A stretch of DNA of 64,000 bases from Tubulanus polymorphus (lineage: Eukaryota > Animalia > Nemertea), in contig NC_134031.1 in NCBI RefSeq assembly GCF_964204645.1, positions 21,149,910-21,213,909 on the forward strand. Reading direction: 5' to 3'. Each line of letters starts with the position of its first letter. Positions within the stretch are counted from its first letter, which is position 1. Shown in pieces: positions 1 through 11,100 of the stretch. The notes under the pieces are model-generated. The model saw nothing but the letters and a program-made list of their open reading frames with translations, did no database searches and was not told the DNA's origin. The position numbers were made by a program, and so were the translations under genes.

Positions 1-181
1 TTTATTGAACATGGTTCTTTGCTGTCTCTGGAAGGTGTAGAGTGGCCTTGCAGGAGCTGGCACATTGAACGATAAGTTCAAAATGCACCCTATAAGAACA
101 TTAATGTTATTTTGTGGAAAACTTAGGTCCAATTTAATTAGAAAACTGTTCCAGTTATTTATATGTATTTTATTTTTGTAG

Positions 182-1144
182 ATTCGTCGCGAGGAATTAG
201 ACTCACATATCACAGGTGATTTGAGTGGTCACCTCAGTGCTCTGTCCCGCAGAATATCCAATCTCGAGTTGTTCAACCAGACATCCGGTCCGATGACTAG
301 TCTTCCGGCAAACGTTGAATTACAGACAAGATTTCAACATATGGATGGAATGTTGAACTCGATTAAGGAGGAGGTTATACGACATGCGTCAGAGATCGAC
401 GCGATCGGTTCCGTTAAAGCCGAGTTGATACGCCGTCTGCCGTGTTTAGAAGAGCAGTTGAAAATTCTGGAGAACGTCGTCGTAACGTTGAAGGGGCAGA
501 TCGGCGCGTACGAGGAATTCTCTCAGGAGATTCTTAATCGCTACTTACAAGCTCAGAAAGACAAAGACAGCCTCGAACAAAAGATGGCGTCGCTAGGCCG
601 CACGTTGGCTTTGAAAGATGTCGCGTTAGCCGAACAGGAGTTGCGCATCAAGGCCCTCGAAAACACGAGCTACGACGGAACGTTGATTTGGAAGATAACG
701 GAATTCTCGAAGAAACTTTCCGACGCTCAGAGCGGACGAGTGATTAGTTTCTATTCGCCATGTTTTTACACGAGTAGAAACGGTTATAAGATGTGCTCGC
801 GTATTTATCCGAGCGGCGACGGTATGGGAAAATCATCGCATGTTTCGTTGTTTTTCGTATTAATGCGAGGAAATAATGACGCGTTGTTACCTTGGCCCTT
901 CAAACAGAAGGTCACGTTCATGTTGCTCGATCAAGGTCACCGCGAACACATCCTGGACGCGTTCAATCCCGACCAGAACAGCCCGTCGTTTCAGCGACCG
1001 GTCTCCGAGATGAATATCGCGTCCGGTTGTCCGTTATTTATTCCGATTAATCACCTGTTGCAGACGTCTGACAATGAGTACGTTAAAGACGATACAATTT
1101 TCATAAAAATAATCGTGGATTGCTCCGATTTAAACAATCTATAG
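182..1144 (+). CDS. TRAF2: Terminal exon of a TNF receptor-associated factor (TRAF2/3/5-like): end of zinc finger, coiled coil, MATH/TRAF-C domain. Upstream exons lie outside the window.
   Basis: Splice acceptor tatttttatttttgtag|182 is in frame with the 221..1144 ORF (IRREELDSHITGDLSGHL...). MATH motifs SYDGTLIWKI, FYTSRNGYKMC, GDGMG..HVSLFFVLMRG..DALLPWPFKQKVTFMLLDQ, FQRPVSEMNIASGCPLF and YVKDDTIFIKIIVD are present. TRAF family is near certain; the paralog assignment is less so. Confidence 0.92.
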   Translation: MRREELDSHITGDLSGHLSALSRRISNLELFNQTSGPMTSLPANVELQTRFQHMDGMLNSIKEEVIRHASEIDAIGSVKAELIRRLPCLEEQLKILENVVVTLKGQIGAYEEFSQEILNRYLQAQKDKDSLEQKMASLGRTLALKDVALAEQELRIKALENTSYDGTLIWKITEFSKKLSDAQSGRVISFYSPCFYTSRNGYKMCSRIYPSGDGMGKSSHVSLFFVLMRGNNDALLPWPFKQKVTFMLLDQGHREHILDAFNPDQNSPSFQRPVSEMNIASGCPLFIPINHLLQTSDNEYVKDDTIFIKIIVDCSDLNNL

Positions 1145-1221
1145 AATTGATTAGTGTTTAATTGATTTGATACGTGGACTGCTGAGCCTGAGTAATCATA
1201 AGATTGATGTCTTTTACATGA

Positions 1222-1370
1222 GGGATCATATGTACACATTAGGGGAGAGGTCAGTGCAATTGCGTACTGTAATGCTTAATGTATATGAAAAAATGGCCGA
1301 TTTTGCGTACAGAGGGGGAGGGGAATTGAAAAATTCAAATTTCATCCGTACATAATAAATGAATGATCCC
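1222..1370. mobile_element. Short MITE, PIF/Harbinger-like, in the TRAF 3' UTR
   Basis: Inverted ends GGGATCAT...ATGATCCC with TGA on both sides (3-bp TSD). Confidence 0.5.
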
Positions 1371-1477
1371 TGATGGGATTGTGGTTTCAGAGGAATGGAA
1401 CAAAATGTCATTGATATTGTTTCATGTTCTGCTTTAGTGATTGAATGCATTCATGATATGAATATTCAGCATTAGTT

Positions 1478-1778
1478 TATGAACTGTATGTCCGATGTAT
1501 AATATATCCGGACCGTATCTCCGTGGTATAATATATCCGGACTGTATGTCCGTGGTATAATATATGAACTGTATCTCCGTGGTATAATATATGAACTGTA
1601 TGTCCGTGGTATAATATATCCGGACTGTATCTCCGTGGTATAATATATGAACTGTATCTCCGTGGTATAATATATGAACTGTATGTCCGTGGTATAATAT
1701 ATGAACCGTATCTCCGTGGTATAATATATGAACTGTATGTCCGTGGTATAATATATCCGGACTGTATATCTGTGGTAT
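1478..1778. repeat. ~26-29-bp minisatellite (ATATGAACTGTATGTCCGTGGTATAAT-like), about 11 copies
   Basis: Direct tandem repeats visible; they explain the YIIPRRYSS ORF. Confidence 0.9.
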
Positions 1779-1922
1779 ATTGTTTTAAATTAAAAGATTT
1801 AGCACACACAGATTTTCTCATTATTAGTGAGATTTTCCAGCAGTCGTCTTGGACTGGGATACTTGTGTATAATAACACTACCGGTACTCAGTGCTGCCAT
1901 CTATTGTCATTGCTTCAACTTA

Positions 1923-1928
1923 AATAAA
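1923..1928 (+). terminator. Candidate polyadenylation signal for the TRAF mRNA
   Basis: AATAAA about 780 nt downstream of the stop codon. Confidence 0.35.
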
Positions 1929-2374
1929 CTAAAATGTTAAATATATATACGTTTGTAGAAATCTTTTTCGAAGGCATTTCGTGGTTCTGAAATGTATTTT
2001 CGCAATAGACAGCTGCAAAGCATGGTCATCATAGCACCAACACTAACCGCAGTTTAAACATCACATAATGGTGTCTGAGTAGGATATTTATTGCTAACAT
2101 GTCTGTCTACGTAAGGCCTATACGATTACAGCCTATAGCAGCAGCTTTTAGTCTCAATTAAGAGAGATTACTACATTAATGTATAAATGAACATGGAATA
2201 GAGCACCCGACGTGTTAAGTACATTTAATTGTTCGTCTCAGTTTCTCAGTTGGGCTTTTCCATTTTGTCAGTCGTTCTTCTGAATATCAAGCAGTCTTTT
2301 AGCATAGTTTTAGCTTACGCTTGGAATTCCGTGAACTACCAAATTATTGGATTAAGTTTGCAGCTAATTAAACT

Positions 2375-2964
2375 GTATATCACAGCGCCATCTATTGGAA
2401 ATTTATATCTTGAGGTCAAAATAAACGTGGAATTTATTTTAAACGCAAAATATCTCGAGTTGAGTCTGAACTGTTGGTTTGATCTGAATGCAGTGGAACA
2501 GAATATCTGAGTGACTTAAAACCCTTTCACAACTGGCAGTAAAGTTTCCTATTAGTACAGAGATGATTTGGATAAAACCGGTGTCTCTGGTAAACTTTGC
2601 ATCAATCAGAATCTACTCGACCAAAATAAACTTGAAACCAAATCTGAGAATCTACAGGGCTTCAGAATGATTGTTGTTTGTTTTGACTGGTGCGTCGTCA
2701 TGGTGATGGCAAGGTGAAATTCTGGATCCGATGTCTTGGGAAAAAATAGTAATTCCTCAAAACAGAGCCAACTTTCATACTGAAATGAATAACTATACAC
2801 TTATTTTCATTGATATGAAAACAAAATGAGTTTATTTGAGCAAAACATTTCACAGAAATTTGTTGCAGAAATTGACTCAAAATTGAAAACTTGACCTCAA
2901 ATGATATTAGACTGTTAGACGGGTTGTTGAGTCCGGGTGACCTCTAGATACTTCAAATCGCACA

Positions 2965-2996
<32 letters not shown>

Positions 2997-4400
2997 CTGT
3001 TATTTGTGTTCTCCTCTTCTTCAGAATCAGTCTATAAATAGATTAAATCTTTCTTTAAAAAGTCATCAGGCCACACCGAGGGGAGAGGGTGAGAGGTTTG
3101 AGACGGACAACCCCGATTCATAATGACGACCATTACAAGGCGCCTATCGAAGGAATCTCTACGAACCTTCGTTCATTTAGTACGTTCGTCGCCCGATAGT
3201 TTATCAAGAGAAATATATGGCCTTCATGATTTCTACAGGCATAATGATACGTTTATGCAGTCACGTCTTTGTGTCATAGGCGCCATCTAATGAGATCGCT
3301 ATATCAGCTGCACGCATAGACCCGTCCAGTGAGAGGGTAGTCGGTATCTTCAAGTTCCTTTTTACAGAATATCATTAAAAACGGCGATAAACCTTTATAT
3401 ACACCAATAAAACCTCATTCAGTAATGTATCACAGCTGAAACTACCCCCGGCTCGATATTTCACGAGATATGTAACAAATGGGCCCATCCCGCATCCCGC
3501 TGTCGCAATAGCTCATCTCCCTATTGTTACAACACAATAGAACACGCCACTATTGAAATATCCCGCGCACTAGCAATAGCCGATATCCCCCAATTGAGAT
3601 CGATTAGCCAATCAGCGGCCGCGTACTGGAGCGTGTCTGGGCTTGTCGCAGGCGCCGGGAAATTCGATTTCATCGAATAAATCGTAATATCAATCGAATC
3701 GTGCGCCATCTTTCGCTATTCTGATTGGATTTTAGTCGGAAAGGAATTAATCCAATCGGGTGTCGTATGTTCATTACGGAGAAATTGTTTTTGGAAAGTT
3801 TTAAAATTGTATGAACGAAAAAAATTGGAACATTTTCAACCGAACTTTGATAGAAAATTTCGCCTGAAAACTAGATTTTAAAGACTTGGACACGGAATTA
3901 AATTGACTCAGGATGGGATTAACTATGAAATAACTGGATCAGGTCGGAAACTGGTGAAAAGTTGCAGTTTTGTAAGTAGGAAAATTTCTTTATATTAACG
4001 ACTGTAATCATCTTATTTAGGTTTAGTAGGGAAATATATTATTATCATTATAGGAAGTTTACAAATATCTTAAACATTCAGAACGTAGGACATAGAACTT
4101 CACTACCCGAATTATATACGTAATCTAGTACCGGGTATAAACAGTTCGTTAATACGCTATCAAAACTTTCAGCCGTTTATTTTTCTTACCGATTCTAAAT
4201 ACCCCTCCTTTAAATAGGCTAGATATAATTAATATTTATATTGTGTTTTTATGCGTGACTTTTGCATAAAACTTACTTTTCTAAAGTCACTTGAACGCGA
4301 TGATGTCGGGCAGCAGGGCTTTCAAAATACAAGTCGTCGGCTATCGCATCCGACTACTGGTATCAATGATATCAATGATAGTAAGAAGGCTGTGATCTAT
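2375..4400. repeat. Segmentally duplicated block. Homologues at ~50490-50960 (partial), ~53180-55670, and for the distal part ~6490-7610.
   Basis: Shared strings such as gaatctacagggcttc, ttgactggtgcgt..tcatggtgatggcaaggtga and cccatcccgcatcccgctgtcgcaatagctcatc. Confidence 0.85.
3600..3977 (+). promoter_or_regulatory. Candidate Pol II promoter and first exon, with copies at ~6765-7148 and ~54890-55271
   Basis: CpG-rich patch, CCAAT boxes (agccaatcag, ctgattgg), YY1-like GCGCCATCTT at ~3703, splice donor TTT|gtaagt at 3972 (gtaggt in the other copies). Confidence 0.4.
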
Positions 4401-5059
4401 GAAATTCTTCAGGTCATATGAGTTACTACTACGTATTACGAATTACACTATTGCGGCTTCACAGTATCCGAAGGCGCGTTAAATTCAACGGATTTCGGAA
4501 TGAAGTCGAATGATTAAATGATTTCAAAAGGCATTACTACGCGGTCGGCCCCGTTCGAACCTAAATGTCATTACTGATACTCTTTCAGGGTGGTCCGGAT
4601 TCCGTACATTAGATGATGTACAGGGTGTCCCGGGTTCGAACCCAGCACTATTCTAGGTCGTTTCTCAAAAATGATAAAATAACGCACACACGACTTACAG
4701 CAAAATTTGTGTATTTATTCCTCATTGTCATGTAATGCACGTGCCTTTTTAAGAATAGTAGTTGGACCATCGTTGAAACCCTCGCATATCAGGGTAAGAA
4801 TAAATGAATCCCTCGAGTGGACACCAGAGGTCGCAGTTTCACAAAAACGATCCATTCTTTGACCGAATTTGTGAAGAAATTTAATTTTGGTCAAATCTCA
4901 CTAAAGGACAAATAATAGATTAATTTCTTCATTAACTCAGTTTTTCTTCCCTAGTTTTCCAAAATTCGGATTAAGCCGATGCAGATTAAACGATTTAGTT
5001 TGACTTCACCCATCGAACTGGCCCCAGGGCACTAAAATTACCAAGAAACAAACACTGAC

Positions 5060-5270
5060 GAGTGTTGGCCTGTTTAATAAACGCAGAAACCCTAGTTTTG
5101 GCCTGTTTAATAAACGCAGTAACCCTAGTGTTGGCCTGTTTAATAAACGCAGAAACCCTAGTGTTGGCCTGTTTAATAAACGCAGAAACCCTAGTGTTGG
5201 CCTGTTTAATAAACGCAGTAACCCTAGTGTTGGCCTGTTTAATAAACGCAGAAACCCTAGTGTTGGCCTG
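5060..5270. repeat. 30-bp minisatellite (AACCCTAGTGTTGGCCTGTTTAATAAACGCAG[A/T]-type), about 7 copies
   Basis: Tandem repeats. Copy number varies: ~1.5 at 8845, ~21 at 21797-22435, ~9 at 33743-34015, ~1 at 44507, ~7 at 56039-56250. Confidence 0.95.
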
Positions 5271-5314
5271 TTACCACACTGACCATAAATATTCACAAAC
5301 AAGGTCAGCCACCA

Positions 5315-5456
5315 GAACTCAGCGGTCTAGTGGTTAGCGTGCTCGGCTGGCGAGCTGGAGGTCGCAGGTTCGAGTCCTGCTAGGGTTAGGGTTACGGTCG
5401 ATCTAGGGTTAGGGTTAGTGCCTCAGGCCGGGGCTAATTTTTGGCCCAGCGAGGTG
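5315..5456 (+). ncRNA. tRNA-derived (SINE-like) head + TTAGGG repeats + hairpin with T5. Other copies at ~8933, 22480, 34062, 48548, 56293.
   Basis: A-box-like GCGGTCTAGTGG (5322), B box GGTTCGAGTCC (5367) within a T-arm GCAGG/CCTGC, then CTAGGGTTAGGGTTA twice and the hairpin GTGCCTC..GGGCT-AATTTTT-GGCCC..GAGGT. No intact acceptor stem, so not a functional tRNA. Confidence 0.65.
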
Positions 5457-7607
5457 TTTGTAGTACGATGATCATCTGTTTGACTCGGGTTATTTTTTGG
5501 TCAATAGATTCTATACTAACTTATATATTTTGAACACAAATATTTGCTTTATCTAGTAGAGGCCACTTTATTTAAAAGATACTTCGCTCAAAACAGTATT
5601 TTATTTCTGAATGAATAAAAGAGTTGGTGACATTATTCAATATATATAAAAACCACAATATCTACTTTACGGTTGGTATGCAACAATTTCCACTCTTTTC
5701 CATATAGGTGTCGCTTTGGATAAATGTCTATATCTCTTGACCCAATGGACCGATTACGATTAAACTTGTTACTCAGGAACTTTTATCAAATAGCACTCGG
5801 GGTGGGTGAAATCGCTCTAGGTTGAAGTTACACTGTCCTAAAATAGCTCCAAACAACGTGAAATTGGTAGTTAGGCCTACTTCGAGTACGGGTAGAAGGG
5901 TTAGTGCCTCAGGTTGGGTCTAATTTTTGGCCCAGCGAGGTATTTGTAGTATGATGATCATCTGTTTGACTCGGGTTGTTTTTTGGTCAATAGATCCTAC
6001 TAACTTATATATTTTGAACACATATATTTGCTTTATCTAGTAGAGGCCACTTTATTTAAAAGATACTTCGCTCAATACAGTAGTTTATTTCTAAATGAAT
6101 AAAAGAGTTGGTGACATTTTTTATATATAAAAAAACCACAATATCTACTTTACGGTTGGTATGCAACAATTTCCACTCTTTTCCATATGGGTGTCGCTTT
6201 GGATAAATGTCTATATCTCTTGACCCAATGGACCGATTAGGATTAAACTTGATAAACAGGAACTGTTATCAAGTACTGCATCGACGCGTCGGGTTGTTAG
6301 AACTTACCAACTTCATAAGTGAGCCTACGGGGGCCTCTGGGTTCGAATTTGTGCTGGTGTTAGGGCTATGGATGACCACACGTCCCGGTGTGAGGGCTAT
6401 GGATGACATGTTCGTCACCCGATAGAGGAGAGAGAATTTCATGCCCTCCATGGTTTCTACTAAATGATACATGTCTTTTTGTGTCATATGCGCCATCAGC
6501 TGCACACAGGCCCGTCCAGTGAGAGGGTAGTCGGCATCATTAGGTTCCAATTTACCGAATATCATAAAATACGGCGATAAACCTTCACAAGCACCCCTAA
6601 AACCTCAATCAGTAAAGTATCAAGGCTGAAACTACCCCCGGCTCGATATTTCAAGGGATAACGTATCAAATACGCCCATCCCGCATCCCGCTGTCGCAAT
6701 AGCTCATCCCCCTATTGTTGCAACACAATAGAACATAATAGCCGATATCCCCCATTGAGATCGATTAGCCAATCAGCGGCCGCGTACTGAAGCGTGTCTG
6801 GACTTGTCGCAGGCGCCGGGAAATTCGATTTCATCGAATAAATCGTAATATCAGTCGAATCGTGCGCCATCTTTCGTTATTCTGACTGGATTTCACTCGG
6901 AAAGGAATTAATTCAATCGGGAATCGTACGATCATTACGGAGAAATTGTTTTGGAAAGTATTAAGATTGTATGAACTAAAAAATTGGAACGATTTTCAAC
7001 CGAACTTCGATAGAAAATTTCGCCTGAAAACTGGATTTTGTGAACGTTTAAAGACTTGGACACGGAATTAAATTGACTCAGGATGGGATTAACTTATGAA
7101 ATAACTGGATCAGGTCGGAAACTGGTGAAAAGTTGCAGTTTTGTAGGTAGGAACATTTCTTTATATTAACGACTGTAATTATGTTATTTTTCAGTATCAT
7201 TAAAGGAAGTTTACAAATATCTTGAACTCAGAACTTAGGATAGAAACAGTTTCTATACCCGAATTGTATACGTTATCTAGTACCCGGTATATACAGTTCA
7301 TTAATACGTTATCAAAACTTTCAGCCGTTTATTTTTTTTACCGATCCTAAATACCCCTCCTTGAATGGGCTAGATATAATATAGTGTTTTTATGCGTGAC
7401 TTTTGCATGAAATTTATTTTTTAAAGTCATTTGAACGTGATGATATGTTAAGCAGAGCTTTCAGAATAAGTCGTCGTCGGCGGCTATGTCGGCCGTCGCA
7501 TCCGACTATTAAGAATCCTGTGACGGCTATGAAATATCTCGTCTCATATCAATGATAGTAAGAAGGCTGTGATCTATGAAATTCCTCGGGTCATATGAGT
7601 TACCAAA

Positions 7608-8165
7608 GTAATTACTGATACTGATTCAGAGTGGTCCTGATGCTGAATAGAGGATGTACAGGGGTATCCCGCGTTCGAACCAAGTAATTACTGATACTGG
7701 TTCAGAGTGGTCTTGATATTGAATTGAGGATGTACAGGGGTGTCCCGGGTTCGAACCCAGTAATTACTGATAACTGATTCAGAGTGGTCCTGATGCTGAT
7801 AAGATGATGTACAGGGGTGTCCCGGGTTCGAACCCAGTAGTGGTCCAAGTTGTCCTGATGCTGAATAGAGGATGTACAGGGGTGTCCCGACCGTACGGTG
7901 CTGTCGCTATGCTCATCGTTAGCGGGATTTCCATACACTAACTGAAGTCAACTCTGGCAATCGTCGTGCTATCCAGCTATACTCCGTAACCCTTGCTTGC
8001 CAGAGTTGCCTAACGTTAGTGTATGCAAATCCCGCTACCGATGAGCATAGAGGCAGCACCGTACGGTAAAATGTTGATATCTTAAAAGTAATTACTGATA
8101 ACTGATTCAGAGTGGTCCTGATGCTGAATAAAGGATGTACAGGGGTGTCCTGGGTTCGACCCCGC
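7608..8165 (+). repeat. Tandem array of ~60-75-bp tRNA-like, B-box-containing units. Also at ~4535-4650, 9700-10620, 23260-24265, 34840-35465, 57770-58315.
   Basis: Unit ...CAGAGTGGTCCTGATGCTGAATAGAGGATGTACAGGGGTGTCCCGGGTTCGAACCCAG...; most units end in GGTTCGAAC. Confidence 0.85.
7890..8067. mobile_element. Fold-back MITE with ~70-bp TIRs, probably Tc1/mariner-type with TA TSD. Copies at 10154-10301, 23789-23966, 35125-35302, 57921-58098.
   Basis: accg-TA-CGGTGCTG(C/T)CGCTATGCTCATCG...CGATGAGCATAGAGGCAGCACCG-TA-cggt. Confidence 0.75.
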
Positions 8166-11100
8166 CACGAAAAATGATTAAATAACGCACACACGACTTA
8201 CAGCAACATTTATCTATATTTATTCCTCATTGTCATGTAACGCACCTGCCTTTTTAAGAATAGTAGTTAGACCATCGAATTGAAACCCTCGCATACCTGG
8301 ATAAGAAAGAATAAATGAATCCCTCGAGTGGACACCAGGGGTCGCAGTTTCACAAAAAACGATGCATTTTTTAACTGAATTTGTTAAGATATTTAATCTG
8401 GATCAAATCTCACAAAAAAGACAAAACAGATGAACTTCATAAGTAAATGAGTAAATGAGTAAATTCATGAGTAAATTATTTCTATGAAACTGAACCCGTG
8501 GGATTTACGTGTGACGTCAACACTAGTTTGTTAGAAATTAATAACTGTACCAACATTAGAGCTTTATATAAGGAGAGTAAATTAATGGTATGATAGAATC
8601 TCCCTAATTCCGATCATTGGGACCAACAAAATTCATCCGTTTTACGGCAAATCCGGATTAAAAGTCATTTTCGTGTATATTAATGATTAAATTGACTGTA
8701 AATATTATCCGGATTAGACCAAAATTCGGATTAAGCCGATGCGGATTAAACAGTTTAGTTTGACTGTATTAGCCAATAGAATCAGTCTTCACCCATCGAA
8801 CTGGCCCCAGGGCACTAAAATTACCAAGAAAAAAACACTGACGAGTGTTGGCCTGTTAAATAAACACAGAAACCCTAGTGTTGGCATGTTACCACACAGA
8901 CTACACGTATTCACAAACTAAGTCAGTCACCACAACTCAGCGGTCTAGTGGTTAGCGTGCTCGGCTGGCATGCTGAAGTACGCAGGTTCGAGTCCTGCTA
9001 GGGTTAGGGTTACGGTCGATCTAGTGCCTCAGGTTGGTGCTAATTTTTGGTCCAGCGAGGTATTTGTAGTACGATGATCATCTGTTTGACTCGGGTTATT
9101 TTTTGGTGAATAGATTCTATACTAACTTATATATTTTGAACACAAATATTTGCTTTATCCTTAGAAGCCACTTTATTTAAAAGATACTTCGCTCAATACA
9201 GTAGTTTATTTCTGAATGAATAAAAGAGTTGGTGACATTATTCAATATATATAAAAACCACAATATCTATTTTACGGTTGGTATGCAACAATTTCCACTC
9301 TTTTCCATATAGGTGTCGCTTTGGATAAATGTCTATATCTCTTGACCCAATGGACCGATTACGATTAAACTTGATACACAGGAACTTTTATCAAATAGCA
9401 CTCGGGGTGGGTGAAATCGCTCTAGGTTGAAGTTACACTGTCCTAAAATGGCTCCAAACAACGTGAAATTGGTAGTTAGGCCTACTACGAGTACGGGTAG
9501 AACACAGTTTGAAATCGTATCGTTGTAGGTTATCGTAAAGAAGATGAATACGACGATTAACAGTACAAATATCGTTATAGACACGGTTTTAGTCGAGACA
9601 TTGATCGCCGGGTTTAAACATTCCTGGATATGACCATGTTTCACAATTAAATTCATCTTCTGAATGAGGACACCATCGAACACGTGTCTAATCGCATCGT
9701 AATGGGTACGGGGTGTCCCGCGTTTGAACCAAGTAATTACTGATACTGGTTCAGAGTGGTATTGATACTGAATAGAGGATGTACAGGGGTATCCCGAGTT
9801 CGAACCCAGTAATTACTGATACTGATTCAGAGAGGTCCTGATGCTGATAAGATGATGTACAGGGGTGTACCGGGTTCGAACTCAGTAGTGGTCCAAGTTG
9901 TCCTGATGCTGAATGGAGGATGTAGGGGTGTCCCGGATTCAAATCCGGTCTATTGGTACTGATTCTGATTGGTCCTGATGCTGAATCGAGGATGTACAGG
10001 GGTGTGTCCCGGGTTCGAGAACCAGTAATTACTGATACTGATTCAGAGTGGTCCTGATGCTGATTAGATGATGTACAGGGGTGTCCCGGGTTCGAACTCA
10101 GTAGTGGTCCAAGTTGTCCTGATGCTGAATGGAGGATGTACGGGGTTGTCCCGACCGTACGGTGCTGCCGCTATGCTCATCGTTAGCGGGATTTCCATAC
10201 ACTAACTGAAGTCAACTCCGTTACACTTGATTGCCAGAGTTGACTAACGTTAGTGTATGAAAATCCCGCTACCGATGAGCATAGAGGCAGCACCGTACGG
10301 TAAAATGTTGATATCTTAACAAAAGTAATTACTGATAACTGATTCTCATTGGTCCTGATGCTGAATGGAGGATGTACAGGGGTGTGTCCCGGGTTCGAGA
10401 ACCAGTAATTACTGATACTGGTTCTGAGTGGTCCTGATGCTAATTAGATGATGTACAGGGGTGTCCCGGGTTCGAAACCAGTAGTGGTCCAAGTTGTCCT
10501 GAGTGTGAATAGAGGATGTACGATGTATCCCGGGTTCAAACCCAGTAATTACTTGTACTGATTCAGAGTGGTACTGATGCTGAATATAGGATGTACAGGG
10601 GTGTCCCGGGCTCGAACCCAGCACTATTACAGAGGTTGTTTCTCAAAAATGATTAAATAACGCACACACGACTTACAGCAACATTTATCTATATTTATTC
10701 CTCATTGTCATGTAACGCACCTGCCTTTTTAAGAATAGTAGTTGGACCATCGAATTGAAACCCCCGCATACTAAGGTAAGAAAGAATAAATGAATTCTTT
10801 CACAAAAAAACGATGTATTTTTTAACTGAATTTGTGAGGAATCTGGATCAAATCTCACAAAAAGATCTTTTTTGTTGATCTTTGATAATTAATCCGTATA
10901 TGTGAAACCGTACCCTCGGTAGGATTTGGTTTATGATGCGAGGGTTTCAATCAGATTTAGATGCTGCAGTTTCGCACTGAATAGCGAGTATTTAATACCA
11001 TCGAGTCCAGTTTCACAGAGAAAGTATCAATCAATTTCAACTTGGATTTACTTTTTTCTTCAAAATAAAATGTTTGAACGCAATTGGTTTGTGAAACTGT

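Noticed and set aside
221-223. TTG start of the 307-aa ORF
   Set aside because: The frame is open back to a splice acceptor at 181/182; this is a terminal exon, not a start.
5315-5385. Functional tRNA-Ala(GGC)
   Set aside because: Acceptor and anticodon stems do not pair properly; treated as a tRNA-derived element.
5381-5418. Telomerase RNA template (CTAACCCTAAC on the minus strand) or a true telomere
   Set aside because: Only two-repeat blocks, variably lost among copies; no pseudoknot or H/ACA features recognised; interstitial position.
9333-9683. Hydrophobic 116-aa minus-strand ORF resembling a membrane protein
   Set aside because: No reliable start, frameshifting indels between copies, no recognisable domain. 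TBLASTX would be needed to exclude a decayed gene.
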